A DNA stretch of 37,637 bases, taken from Hydrurus foetidus. Lineage: Eukaryota. Positions 1 through 12,612 of the stretch are shown here, piece by piece; within the stretch, counting starts at the first letter, position 1, and each line of letters opens with the position of its first letter. Made by a program: the position numbers and the translations under genes. Where the stretch lies: the NCBI GenBank assembly GCA_900617105.1, contig UYFQ01000585.1, forward strand, positions 1 through 37,637. The letters are read 5' to 3'. The notes below the pieces were generated by a model that searched no databases, was not told where the DNA came from, and saw nothing but the letters and a program-made list of their open reading frames with translations.

Positions 1-2358
1 TTGTGAACTTGTAAGAAATCATCTATGTTTTCAGTTAGTACAGCTGATAGAAGTTGTTTCATTGACGGTAATTCTCGAGCGTACTCGATTATGTCCGTAC
101 TTGGGTTAGCAAGTTGTGACTTACTTTTTCCCTTGTAGTTGGAGCTCAACTTGTTCGTGTTAGAACGATCGTTGTCCCTATCCGGTTGAGTCTGGTTGCT
201 CTTGTACTTGTTGTATTTGGTGTTGTTGTTGGTGGCCAGCTTTTGTTTCTTGGTCGGACGGTCGTCTTGGGCTCTCCCTGGAGGAGAGAAGTCGTTCTCC
301 ACATCGTCAGATGGGTACACGTAGGTAGCTGCCCCGGGGTTGTTGGTGTCCCGGGTAAGTTCTCCGTTGATGTACACATTTGGTACGAAGAATTCGTGAC
401 CAATCCGTTTGAAGTCCTTTGCCTCCTCAGACTGCGACCAAGTGCGATGGCTACGGTTGCAGTGAGGGTTCATGTGGTTTTGGCATTCGTAACGGTTGTG
501 TCCCTTTTTGCCACAGGTGTGACAGAAGTTGGTCGCTCGGCTGAGGCCGGACGACTCAGGGTCCACCTGACGTTTTGGGATTGCCTTGTAGGCGTTAGCC
601 GAGTGGCTGTCACGGTGAGGTGCGACCTCAACGTCGTCTTGGTCGGTTGGCGTTAGCTTTGACTCGAAGACGAAGTCGAGACCTCCCATGTCCTCCGCGT
701 CTTTGATCATCTGGCGTGCTTCGCCCAGCATGACGACAAGACGCGTGAGCATTTTGAAGATGGTATCTTTCCCGGTCTTTTTCGTCTTACGTTTTGTCTT
801 TGCCATGAAATTGTCTGTAAACTTGTTGTTCTTTGGCAGCTTCTTGTAGAAGGCCTTACAGATATCATTTTGCATGTCGGCATCGATATTGTCGTATGAC
901 GTCCAGAATCCGAGTAGGATGTCACGGAACTCAGAGAGAGCTCTGTCTTCAACAGAAGGATCTTTCCAGCTGATGCGGAATTTGCAATTCTTCAATTTCA
1001 TTTCGAAGTCGAAATGGGAAGACGTACGCTTGTTTTTGTAAAAGATCTTTTTAAGATCATTTGCAATGTTCTTTAGCGTTAACGTTTTGCCGTCAACCGT
1101 TGGCCAGGCGAGACAAGTCTTTGTGTTGTAACCTGTCTCGCTTTTGCATCGAAGCAACTGGTCGCGGATCGTTTGGATGGCATCCATTTCGATTAGCATT
1201 TCCCCAACTGGTTAACATACCGGGGCGGTATGCTTGTTCGTAAAACGCTCTTGCTGCTTTGTCAGCGTCGTCGAGAAGTTTTTCTCGAGTGAGGTAGTAC
1301 GCCTCCTTCATGTTGATGATGGAGGTTTGCAAACCCGCTTTGCGTTGTGGAGGGGAATCCTCTTCCGAGTTTTCCGCCTTTTGCGCGCGGTGTGTTTTAC
1401 CGGATTTGGCATCGGTTTTGGTTTTCACCTTTTTGTCCTTTGGGGCGGGTTTGGGACCCGCCTTTGGGGACTTTTTCTTGGCTAGGGGTTTTATCTTAAG
1501 GGACTTTTTGTCCTTGGGCTTAGACTTTTCGGGCTCGACCTCCTCGTCGTCTTCGACTTCGACTTCGGCTTTCGCCTCATCGTCGTCGCTGTTGTCGTTC
1601 CCGTCGTCGTCCCCGTCACCCTCTCCGTCGTCCCCGTCGCCGCTACTTGCGTCGGACTCGTCGGAGGAGCTGTCGGGGTTGCCACCATCGCCTCCCGTGT
1701 CGTTAACGTCGTCGACGTTACTGTCGTTCTCGTCGTCGGACTCGTCGGGGGGTTTGTCGTCGTCGTTGTTGTTGGCATTGTCGTCACCGTCGGCGTCAGC
1801 CTCCGGATCTGACTCGGCGTCGGCCTCGGCCTTGCCGGTGTCGGATGCCTTTGTTGTTGTGACTTTGGCGTCGACTGATGGTTCGAACAGATCGTCCTCT
1901 GCACCGATTTGTTGCAGTCGCGGAGGGAGTATCGAGATTTCTCCCCCTCTTTTTAAGTACCCGCGGGTATCGAGGGGAGAGTCTGTCTCGCCCTCGGCTT
2001 CCTCGGGTGCCAACCCGAGGAGCTCGTCGTTTGAGGGCTCTAAAGCGTCGGCAGCAGCTTGTGCAGCAGCTATTTGTGCTTGCTCTAGCTTGTGAGCTGT
2101 TTGCATTTCTTTTGTTGCCGCTAAGACGCTTTGGAAGAAAATTTGTTCGTCCTCAAGACGAGTTGGGGTAGCCGAAACATGTATTGCTTCTTTGGCCAGA
2201 GCCTGTATCGATTTCTCGATGTTTTTCTTTACAAGGGCCTGCTCCGCTTTGTGCTTCTCCTTCTCAGTGAGAGGAGCACTGCGCGAAGCGCTTGGAGCTG
2301 AAGAAGTAGAGGCGGCTGTGTTAGCAGCCGCTTTCTTCTTTATTTGGGCCCTTGTCAT
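1..2358 (-). pseudogene. gag: Gag of an LTR retrotransposon (probably Ty3/gypsy-type), broken by a +1 frameshift at ~1202-1205; runs off the window's left edge
   Basis: ORF 2358-1093 (acidic/Lys-rich low-complexity N-terminus) overlaps a second minus-strand frame that is open from ~1210 to position 1 and is missing from the ORF track because it has no stop: MLIEMDAIQTIRDQLL...CHTCGKKGHNRYEC...DDFLQVH. It contains a CX2CX4HX4C zinc knuckle at 483-524. Removing one G from the GGGG run joins the frames as ...GMLTSWEMLIEMD. Confidence 0.75.
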
Positions 2359-2878
2359 GGGACTTTTGTCTTGAGTTGGAAACGTCTTGATCTTGGGGTC
2401 TTGGACAGCGACGGAACTCGGACGCGGCTCTCTATGGAGCTGAGGATGTGATCCCGCAGCTATGATGTCGTGGGATCGTAGGATCCTTTAAACGATGGAG
2501 CTTTTCGTGGTTTACTTTTGCGCGATTTCGTCGGAAATCGCTCGAAAAGTTGCCTGGCGGTTTGCACCTCTCAAGGAACTAAACTGCGGGCGTTTTGGCC
2601 AGCTTTCGTTTCTGTAACGATGGGACTTGCTTTTGCTCGACTCAGAGCTACTTGCTTCGTTAGGCTTCGAGTTTTGAAGCCGTCACGATTTTGTCGCGAA
2701 AATATCGACGACTCGAGCTTTTTAACTAAAGCGTTTCAGAGGCTGTCGGTTAGACGTAGCCTTTGTAGTGTCTTTCGACGTTGTTTTCACTTGTTGCCAA
2801 GTTACTAGCTTGTTTGCCCGCCGTTTTACGGGTCGTGGCGATGTTTTTGGAACGCTTTTTGGAACTGGTCTCTAAAAA

Positions 2879-2886
2879 GAGCACCA
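2879..2886 (-). promoter_or_regulatory. Candidate tRNA primer-binding site (TGGTGCTC) of the left-edge LTR element
   Basis: Minus strand reads ...GGACCA-ACT-TGGTGCTC, i.e. a CA end followed after 3 nt by TGG, ~520 nt upstream of the gag ATG. The partner LTR lies outside the window, so LTR limits cannot be confirmed. Confidence 0.35.
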
Positions 2887-3119
2887 AGTTGGTCCAAATA
2901 CTAGTATTATGGCCTAACTCTGGGCTCAGCGGTGGGTCTGATGGAACGGGGCGCGTGGGCAAGGGGAAGGCAGCTGGTGTGCTGGTGCTATTGCTAAAGA
3001 GATGTGGTTAGCTTACAGATAAACACAGCGATAGGCAAGTCATGAATCGGATGGCTCGGATCGTCCCCGATCCGAACCGAACGTACGCCTGTACCCGTAC
3101 AGCTGTACAGCTGTGCGGG

Positions 3120-3950
3120 TCACATCATCTCGTCCACCAGCACCCGTGGAATGCAAGGGCCGATCGCGGTAATGTCCTTTTTGACTTTCTTACCCGATCC
3201 TTCGATCTCCCCCGGAGAGTCAGTCGTACTGACCTCCTCGTCCGACCCAGCGCTCTCCTCAGGCAGTCATACGCGGGTCTTGCCGTTTTTTACTTTGCCG
3301 AGAGCCTCAATGCAGGGTTGGCGGAATCGCAGTCCTAAGGTGGCCGCTGTTGACGCCTTCTTCGCCTGAGTCCAGGTCGTAACGTCCTCATGACGATACC
3401 TACATGCATCCCCAAATGCACAGGCGAAGGTGTTGTTCGTCCTCGGGTTCTGCACCTTGAGCTGTCCCGCGAAATGTTCACCGCACACTGCGTCAGAATT
3501 GGCGCCTGGAGGGATCGCCGCAAACCCCGCTGGTTTCGCCTTCGCATCCGTCTTCGCTTTTAGCACCACCATGCTGCTCGTCCGGTTCCTACTCTCTCGC
3601 AACTGATACCAGGCCATGGCCTCACTCAACTTCTCCTGAGTGTCGATCGTGCTAGAGAACTCCTTGAGCACCGCCCTTAGTCGGTCTGCACACATAGCCG
3701 GTGTGCTGATGTCTCTCAAGCCCGCATTTGCCATCCGGAGTGCCCTGAAGTACTTGGACAGGACTATTTCGACGGAGTGTAGAAGGAATCCTGATGGTGC
3801 AAGCTCCATAGGGCGTTGGAGACCTTCCAGTTGATCTATGAAGGCGGTTGTAGTGCCCCTAAAGGCTGCACCGTAGAAAACGGAGAGTACTAGATCCAAG
3901 TTTCTGAAGGCTATGACAAGAGCCATGTTCTGGTTGGGACACGGTGTCAA
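3120..3950 (-). mobile_element. Fragment of a probable tyrosine-recombinase (DIRS/Ngaro-like) retroelement: gag C-terminus plus start of the downstream frame
   Basis: The sequence looks more GC-rich than the adjoining host exon. Protein TPCPNQNMALVIAFRNLDLVLSVFYG...CGEHFAGQLK...CAFGDACRYRH ends in a CCCH-type finger and is unrelated to TTC38. After the TGA (3269-3267) the same frame continues for 48 codons to 3120. Family assignment is from recollection, not from a search. Confidence 0.5.
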
Positions 3951-5517
3951 CTGTCTGAGAGCTAGCAGAGAGACTTGATGCTGCGTTGCAGATGCCTCTA
4001 ACTTCTCAGACAAGGCAGAAGCTTTCTCAGCGATCTCCTCAGGTGTCTGTAGACTAATAGGCACCTCCTCTACAGGCTTGACGTAGCTCGGATCAATCAC
4101 ACCTCTGAACCACAGGAACAAAGTCTTTGCGCCACTTTCAACGAGAGATATCTTGCCCTCCACATCAGCTAGCAGCTGCTCCTCGGTCACACCTCTTTTG
4201 ACATCTTTTCCTTTTTTTCTCTCTGCTCTCATTTCCTCATCATCATCTTCCTCTTCATCATTGTCAGCCACGTACGTCAAAGCATTCCGAGGAAGAGCTC
4301 CTGTCGCACAGCGCTCACCAGCACCAATAGCAATGGCTCGACATAATTCGTTCATAGGAGACATGCATTTCAGAACTCCATCATCTTCCGCATCCAAACC
4401 ATCAGTCCACATTCCAGCCGTAGAATCTTTATAGTCCCACCTCTCATCTACCATAGCCGACGGACTATTGATGTCAGTCAGCCAAAGCAACAACGTAGCA
4501 TTTGCTATTGATCCTGCTATTTGACCTTCCTTATCAGGTACACCTGCCATATCGAAAACCATACTATCATGCACCTTAAGGGCTCCTGTATAGTTTCCTC
4601 TTTGTATAAGTCCACAGCCCTTATTAAACATCAGAATGGAAAGCCCAACAGAATTCGAAAAATGCTTCGACAGATGATCATGGAGAGTAGTGTTGACTTC
4701 TGACGATCTTCCAAGGGAGAGATAAGTGTTGAGCAGGGCGTGCAAGGCCCACACGTCCTGACCCTTCGTTCTGTTGACTGCCTTGTTTCCAATTTCTTCA
4801 GCTTCTGAGAATTTTCCACACTCAGCCAGTCCCATGGCAAAAATCCCCAATAAGCTGCCATAATGTTTATGATCACTGTCGAAAAGATGCATCCATCTTG
4901 CAACGCATCCAAGTGCATTTACAGAGTCCCCTGCTAGCATGTAGGAATCTTGAGCCAGCTTTAGCGCCATAATGTCACTCTTTCTTCCGATGAAAAGACT
5001 CTCCATCAGAGCGGCTGCTTTCAAATAATTTCCCTCTGCAAAAGATGCTGCACCTGCCGCATAGTATTCTTCTCTGTCGCTTAACTTTCCTTGACATTTG
5101 AAGGTAAAAGTTGTTATCGATAGACGACATCTGATCGCTGCGACATGAGTGCGTACCTTCAAGACATTGGTTTTCCAAGTTCAGAAGCAGATCTTCTATT
5201 TCCTTCCGCTCTTTGCGATTGGAGGGTAGAGGCTGCCTTATCATTTGAAATACGAGCAAGGAGTTCACCATAGCGACATTTTTATGAGTCTCCCTAATCT
5301 TTCTCAATTCCTTCGCTGGATTATTCTGGTGGGTCAGAAAATTGTGAATGACATTGTTGTACAGCTCCAAAGACTCCGCACTTGATAGTCTGATCGGATA
5401 GCCGCTGCAATCAGTGAAGTCATCAGGCTGTGATGAGACCACGCAGAATCTTTTGCATTGGGAGACAATTCTTCGATTTTGCTGTAGGGCTCTGATACGA
5501 ACAATAAATTTATGCAT
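3267..5517 (-). CDS. TTC38: Tetratricopeptide repeat protein 38-like, C-terminally fused to a retroelement gag fragment
   Basis: Exon 1 5517-5157 (MHKFIVRIRALQQNRR..., basic presequence-like), GT-AG intron 5156-5090, exon 2 5089-3267. TTC38-type motif YGSLLGIFAMGLAECGKFSEAEEIGNKAV...DVWALHAL. The host-like part ends near 3950. Confidence 0.75.
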
Positions 5518-6053
5518 CTCAGAATAAGACCGTGGTGATCTGCTGCATATGTGGAGTGAGGATTTCAAATGACCATGAGTCTAATCATCGGGTCGGTAAT
5601 CCCAGAGATCAATCACTGCTTAATGACACGATAATTCCCTACCGTACCGCTATGTACCGCAGCCGCAGCCTCACCAAATCGAATCATCGCTTTGCATCTT
5701 TGCTCTTCGCTCTTCGCTCTTCGCATCCGCAATCCGCATGATGTACGCGCGGTCAAAATACAAAATACAAAGTACAAAGTACGAATAGTATCAGGTAAAT
5801 TCAGTTCTAATCTTCTAATCGTCTAACAGCGGATTGGGATTCCAGCAGAGTCAGACATGATAACAATCTCTCTTTCAAAACTAGATCTGTTAGATTTACT
5901 GCCATCACGAAACAGATGGCTCGAACTGTTGGACAGTGGGAAGGTGAAAGAGACTTTTTAAAGTTACCTGCGATTGGAGGGCTGTGATACCAGTTTCCAT
6001 ACTGCGAGCTTCTCCTTGTAGTGCGACACAAACCAGTGGCTAGAAACTGAATC

Positions 6054-7855
6054 ATGTCGACACAGCCACATGATGCGTTTCCTGATCTTCATCAGAAAAT
6101 GAGCAAGAAGATTGCCCAGCTCACCAAAGTGATCTATCATCTTAATACACGGAACGAAGACCATCAGTCGGAGTTGGACGCCATCGCTCTCAGTCATCAA
6201 TTGGAAACACAGCAATTGGCTCGCGATGCTGCAAATAAGATCGGAAAGTTTAAAGATCTTATGGATGTTCGCAAACTTGCGGTATGTTTCTTATTCAACC
6301 TGCACTTCACCTCTGTCGTGTGGCTGTCTCCTCACGGTGCTTCCTTATATGTAGGATGCGCAGGAGCTGCAAATGGAGAAATTACATAAAAAGCACGAAC
6401 TTGAAAAGCAGACAGCTATTCAGGATTTTGAATCGTACAAAATGAAAGCGACAGATATGGCGCAACGCATTAGCCGCGACTATCGGAGCAAGTTTGAATC
6501 CCAGGAAGTGGCTATAAACGATATGAACAAGAGATATCAGGAGAAAATTGCAAACTTCGAAGCGTGTAGTGACGAGCTGAATTTAAGTCTCCAAAACTCG
6601 AAGTCTAGCAGCAATACAAGTATTGATAATATGAAATTAGATCACAAGTTGAAGACGGAGGAAATGATTCGCACAAATGACGAGAATGCCAGGAAGATGC
6701 TACAAGAACACTTGAATACTTTAGGTCTGTTCAAGATTTCTTGCTTTCTATATTATTGTTTGGAAGGCTTTATATGCAGTGCTGTTGTTCAGCACGTTCA
6801 CGTATCAAAACTCGAATCGAGTGCGTCAACACATAAGAAATCTACACATCTGATGCACTCATTTTGTTCTACAGAGTCAGCTAGACTGGAACATGAAAAA
6901 ACCTTGCTAGCAGCTCTCAGAAGAGCGGAAGACAGAATGAGGGCAGAAGCAGAGCAGGCCTTAGGACTTGTCAGAGCTCAATTAGCAGGTGCGCACGGAC
7001 ACTGATATTGCTAGCCTACTAGATGTTCTGTATGGAGATGTGGGCTACCTTGAGCTATGTTCACTGTTATTTGATGATGTCGATGGTATCATTCTCTCTT
7101 CGCATTGTATTTGACTCGAGGAATATGAACTTCTTCACCTGGAGTTATGGAATGTAGACTGTTGGCGGCAACTTTTCATTTCATCCAATTACCCCAAACA
7201 TAAGAGAGTGGACATCTTCACTTCAATCAAATCATCTACGCAATTTTCCTCCTTTCGAATCATGCTTCTAGAGCACTTAACTTATACCACTGTGAGAGCT
7301 AATTAATTTTGACTGCTATTTTGGGATTTGTTCAGTTGAACCTGTCTACTGTATATTGTGTATTGTCCAGGCGATAAGCAGGAAGCTTCAATGACGCTGA
7401 GAAGAGAATACGAGGAACTCGCGCAGTCAAATAAAGATGACTTTCTCTCCAAACTAGAGAAGCTTCGGCTAGATTTAAAGAATGAAAGTAGCAGCCATGA
7501 GAACACAGCTGCAGAGAAGAATAGACTGTATGACGAGCTGTCTGCGCGTCTGAGAGATATGGAGAGTCAAATGGGGGCACAGTCGGGTGGACAGCTATTG
7601 GAGGTCAACTCCCTCAAGGCTCAGTGCTCATCAGCGGAGGAGAGAGTGAGGGTACTAACTGCCCAGGTCGAAGAGCGCGATGAGTCATCTCTCAGATTGC
7701 AGAACATGATCAGAGAGAAGAATGACGTCATAGCGACTTTGGAGTCAGTACGTACGTCCCTTGAGGCCGACTTGCAAGCCATCAGGGCAGAACTTAACAG
7801 GTACAGTAACAACAACTGATTTACACTGACTTACAGTTTACAGCGAAAAGACTGG

Positions 7856-7887
<32 letters not shown>

Positions 7888-10800
7888 TTATTTTTCTTGA
7901 TGGCTGCTTGTGCGTGTCTTCCTGTCAGTCTTTTAGAGCCATTAGCATGGCAACATGTGAATTTGTGACATCCTGTGACGATGCAATTATGATAAGTGAC
8001 AACATAATCATCATGGCGTCCAGTGAGCTGTCACTATCAATTATGATATCAGCATTGGCACTTGCAGCTTAGCAAGCAGAGCACAATCAACATTGTATCA
8101 CTACTCAGTTCAACTATACCTGTCACTGATAGTTTCTATTCGCACTGTATTTCCTACAGCTACCAACAATCAAGTGCGTCAGCTGAGAAGGTCTTGAGAG
8201 ACCGTGCCGCTGCAGGGGAGAGGGAGTCAAATGGACTGAGAGCAGAGGTTAATCAAATGGCTTCAACTCTAGCGATCATTAGAGACGAGTTGAAAAATCA
8301 AGAAAAAAACGAAAAAAAGAAGACTGCTGAGTTGACCAGTGCTATGGCAGCGCTGAAGTATGAGAAGGAAAGGTTGCTGTGTCAATCGGAAGAACTGAAG
8401 GCCTCCATGACTAGCAGCGGCTCGAAAGCATCTATTGAACTCTCCAGTGCTGTCAGTAAGATGGAACTGAGAGAGGCGGAAATGAAGAGAGAGATGACGG
8501 AGAGGGAAGATGCCCAGAAGAGCGCATTAGAGCGGTTGAAGGACCGACATGCCAGCGAGATGCAGACAGAGAGGGCGTTGTTTGAGAATGCGAATGCTGT
8601 GGCCGCACAGACACATGCACATCTTCAGGTACACTGACTAGACTCCCTTTTCGATCATCTAATTGGTTGCTGAACGACGTATTCTATAGTGGTACGCACT
8701 GAATACACAGTAAGATACCACCACCATGCAACACGTCAGGAGTATTTTAAAATGGACTCCAACCATCTTGTGTTCATTCCTTCTTCCCTCCTATTTTCTC
8801 TTCACCCAATACACGACCTCAACGCCCTCTTCATCCCTTTTTCTCTACCACCCTTCACCATCTTCATTGCAATGTTTAGGCGAAATTAACATCTCTTCAG
8901 AATGATAACGAAGAGAGATTAAGAGTACTTCTTGAAAGTCACAATGAAGAAGAAGAAGAATCACTCTCTAGACATAAAGTAAGTAACCCTCTTTACCTGC
9001 TGCGACATCTTCATCTCTCCATTCCCATTTTATTATACACTTTATTTATTTCCATTTATTTATCATGTACACCTTTTCCATTTTTATCATTTTAGTTGCT
9101 TACTTTTTATTATTTCATTCTTTAATAATGCACATCTTATTCATCATCGCTTGTATTTTGTAGTCTGAGATTGGGGAGCTTCAGTCAGCGGTGAGTGCTT
9201 TAACTCAGCAAATGGCAGAAGCATCTTCTCAAACAGACGGGGAGAGAGGTGAGTTCTGGTGATTTGTTGGGCAGTGCACACAGCATACCACTGAAGTCTT
9301 TTAGGATGTGCCCATTAGCCTTACTTGACTAATGTTACCATTAACTAATCTTAGTCAGTTACCTGAAAGCGTAACATGCCCAGAAAATGATGACGATTAG
9401 CTATACTTAACATGCCAAATTAAACGTAACGTCATTGACAGGGGCATTAAAGACAGAGATGACGCGACTTGAGTTGAAGTACGTGTCACTGCAGAAGGAT
9501 TTGGAGAGCCGAAAGAAGGAGGGGGAGAGGGCAGAAGGGGTAGCCAGCAGTCTCAAGAATCAAGTGGAAAGTCTTAGGGAAGAACTCAAGGCGACACAGA
9601 AAGCATATCAAGATAAAATGGACCTCTCCCATGCGGCTATAGAGAAAGAATGGGAGATAAAAATGGGGAAATTGCGAGATACCCATTTTCTCGATTTAGA
9701 AAATTCTTCATCAAATCTTAAGAGGAGCCACGTGATTGAATTGCAGGAACTGTCTTCTAGACATGAGGGTGAGTTGAGGGACATGCAGAGCACACTGCAA
9801 CGAGTGACCTCTGATGCATCTGCTGATTCGCAACGAGTGGGTTTGGAATTGTCTCTCACTCTTGCTTCGTTGAAAGAGGAGAAGGCATCAAGGGTGAGCG
9901 ATGTCGCTGACTTGCATCAACGCATAAGTGAGGAGAGAGAAGCAGCGCAGGCAAGACTCACCAGTGAGCTAGATGCACTGCGACTCTCTCTAGAATCCTT
10001 ATCTGATGAGAAGGAAAGACTGGTGCACGAGGGAAATGACACTGTGATGGGACTCATGAAGGAGATGTACAAGAACGCACAAGGTAACTGCCAACACAAA
10101 CACCACCATCAACACGTCCCTTGATATCTTCTTGTCTTATGCCATTGAAACACATCTAAAAATTTATCACTCAATTACAACCCCAAACTCATACATATGT
10201 ACGTATGTGTCCACACACATACGTTCATACACTTACTGCGTCTTATCTGCATGCCACCTGCATGCGCTACACTCACTCGCAACTGTGGCACGCATAACTC
10301 TAGAGATCCCTGAGCTATTCTTTTCCTCACTTGTCCTCATGTAATAGACGATCACAAGTCAACGCTTGCAGAGAACGAAGCGACGTACTTGTTCAACGTC
10401 CAAGAGGCGCTGAGAGAAGAACGTTCTAAAGCTGATGACGTACTTACTGACTTCAGTAAGAAATTGAAGAGGGCGCATGCTGAAGCTTTGCAGCAATTGC
10501 ATGTCGCTAGAGAAGAAGCGATGCGTGTGTCTGAGGGAGAGAAGGGTGTTCTGAACAGGTTAGTGATGGATCTTAAGGGCACTGTGCAATTGGGAGTGAG
10601 TCAGCTTGAGGCAGAGAAGACAAGTAGAGCGATGTACGAGCAGGAGCTGAGAGATAAAGAAATAGCACTGAAAAAAGAGAGTGAAATGAGTATAGAAAGA
10701 GAAAAAAAGAATGGAGAGAAAAATCTTACACTTGCTATGGAGAGGGCGTACCTGTCAGAAGCAGACTTGAAAGTGGTCTTCAAAGAAACATGTGCGAAAT

Positions 10801-11309
10801 ATGACTCTCAGCTAGAAAGCGCAAAAAATGCATTTGATACATTGGATGCGAGATGGAAGAAAAGAGAAAGTAGACCTGAAGATGTTGTGCGTATCAACTA
10901 TCTCGAAAACGAGGTGGCAGAAAAGGAAGAGCTTGTAATAAAAACACGAGAGGAAATGATGTACTTCAAGAGAGAAATGCTCAATAGAGAAGAAAATTTC
11001 AATCAGAAATTCGGGAGATCCCCGGTGGTTGGAGTGATGCAAGTTGTAAAGACTAAGGAACCTGGACTAGTAGGCAGTTCATCGGATGCCAATGCTAAGG
11101 CACCCAAGCAGTCTGTAGGAGGATTTGGGGGGTCTAAAAGTTCTAAGCCAATGTATTCTGTGGGTGCATCTGGGGGTGCTATGAACGTGAACATGGGGAT
11201 GGGGATGGGGTCACTGTCTATGAGTGCTACAGGTGCCGGTGCTGGGTCGGGTGTGGGGGGGTCCATGAAAGGGAACAGGGAGGACCCTTCCAGACGCCTG
11301 TCCTCATGA
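6054..11309 (+). CDS. FAM184A: FAM184A/B-like long coiled-coil protein, 9 exons
   Basis: Family N-terminal motif MSKKIAQLTKVIYHLNTRNEDH and C-terminal RESRPED...REMLNREENFNQKF...VGV. Phase-consistent GT-AG exons: 6054-6281, 6355-6724, 6875-6988, 7371-7800, 8160-8628, 8880-8978, 9164-9248, 9442-10083, 10348-11309. Confidence 0.85.
7857..7887 (+). repeat. (TGTC)n microsatellite in a FAM184 intron
   Basis: Directly visible run of ~7-8 units. Confidence 0.9.
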
Positions 11310-12612
11310 GAGAAAATTCTGTGAGTGCTTCATGGGAATAATGAAGAAGAAAGGACATGTAAAACAGACAAGATAGTTGATGTTCGAATCCATCTTGCCA
11401 TATCCAGCCGTATAGTACGCACTGATGGTTACACAGCACTGCACCGCTGCTCTGCAGGAGCTGCAATTCATATCCAGTCATGATTCTTGAAGATGAGCGG
11501 GACGGGTGTCATCTGAAGCCAAGCGTAGCCAAGAGAAGCTAGTTAATGTGATGCGATGCTAAGCAGTGCAACGATGTCATATCATCGATGTCATGTGATG
11601 CAATATCATTCGATGCCGGGGTTTTCTGTGGTTCAAATGGACCGCATGCCCACACAGTCTGCGTTTGCAACTAATTCCATTCTCCTCTCTCTGTTCAACT
11701 GCATTGTTCCCTTCGTAGTGATCACTTCACCATCATAATTGTGTTCATCTACTACTGCAAAGCCGTCAGTCTGTCATGCAGACCATCAGAGGAATGAATT
11801 GAATCGAGTCGTGCGTACTACTTATCTGTCCGTCCGTACAACTTGTTGATATTCATCGAGGCGTATCATAACATCCATCTGACAACATGATGACTCCTTT
11901 GAGTACGTACATATGTACGTGCACATGACCATCTGCTGATCATACAGTGTGGAGTCACCGTCGATACTTCGGTAAGACGGATGGATGTAAATCTGATTTA
12001 GTTCGCCATTGCAACGTCATTCTTTCAGTCCGTCCATTCTTTTCCTCTCCTCACTTTGAGTATGCGGCTGCTTCTAGCGCATAATGAATGTGAATTACAT
12101 GGTTCCCTTTCTTCCACTTACTAACTCGGCCTACCCTCTTAGAGACCTGTGTGTTCAATGTGAACATCTACACTTTCGCATCATTTCGTCTTCTGCGTGT
12201 TGTTCAGCGCTACTGTTGGTACGTGTTGTTCAGCGCTTTAAGAAGCTAGGATCTGGTGAATCCCAGGACCTAGAATCTCTTTTTCGATTGAATTCTTTGA
12301 AGACTGAAGGAACATTCACACATAAAGGATTCAAATAGAAATATCAGGCGACTTTGGTCATCGCTTACGAGTTATTATCTTCTTTATCTGGTGCTTTTTC
12401 AGATGAAGATTTTAAGCAAATCGTTATTCATTATGATTCTACACAATTAACTCAAGTCGTTACACAGCAATAGAAAATGATGCTGGTGGTTTCAATCAAA
12501 TGTAAGAAATTGCTGCTAAGTCAAGGCACATGTGGTTTCGTTATCTACGAACAAGGATTAAGTGTCGCGCAATATTCATGCATCAGTACAGGTCCCGTTG
12601 TGGGGTGTAGGG

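Noticed and set aside
1310..2095. 261-aa Ser-rich plus-strand ORF (and 186-656)
   Set aside because: Antisense shadow of the GAC-rich gag frame.
2889..3030. Possible 5' LTR of the left-edge element
   Set aside because: No second copy in the window and several possible TG starts, so boundaries cannot be supported.
3056..3075. GC hairpin TCGGATCG-TCCC-CGATCCGA as a Helitron 3' end
   Set aside because: No CTRR terminus at the expected distance on either strand.
12084..12460. Short ORF and coding-looking stretch with a 15-bp duplication
   Set aside because: No recognisable motif or consistent exon chain.
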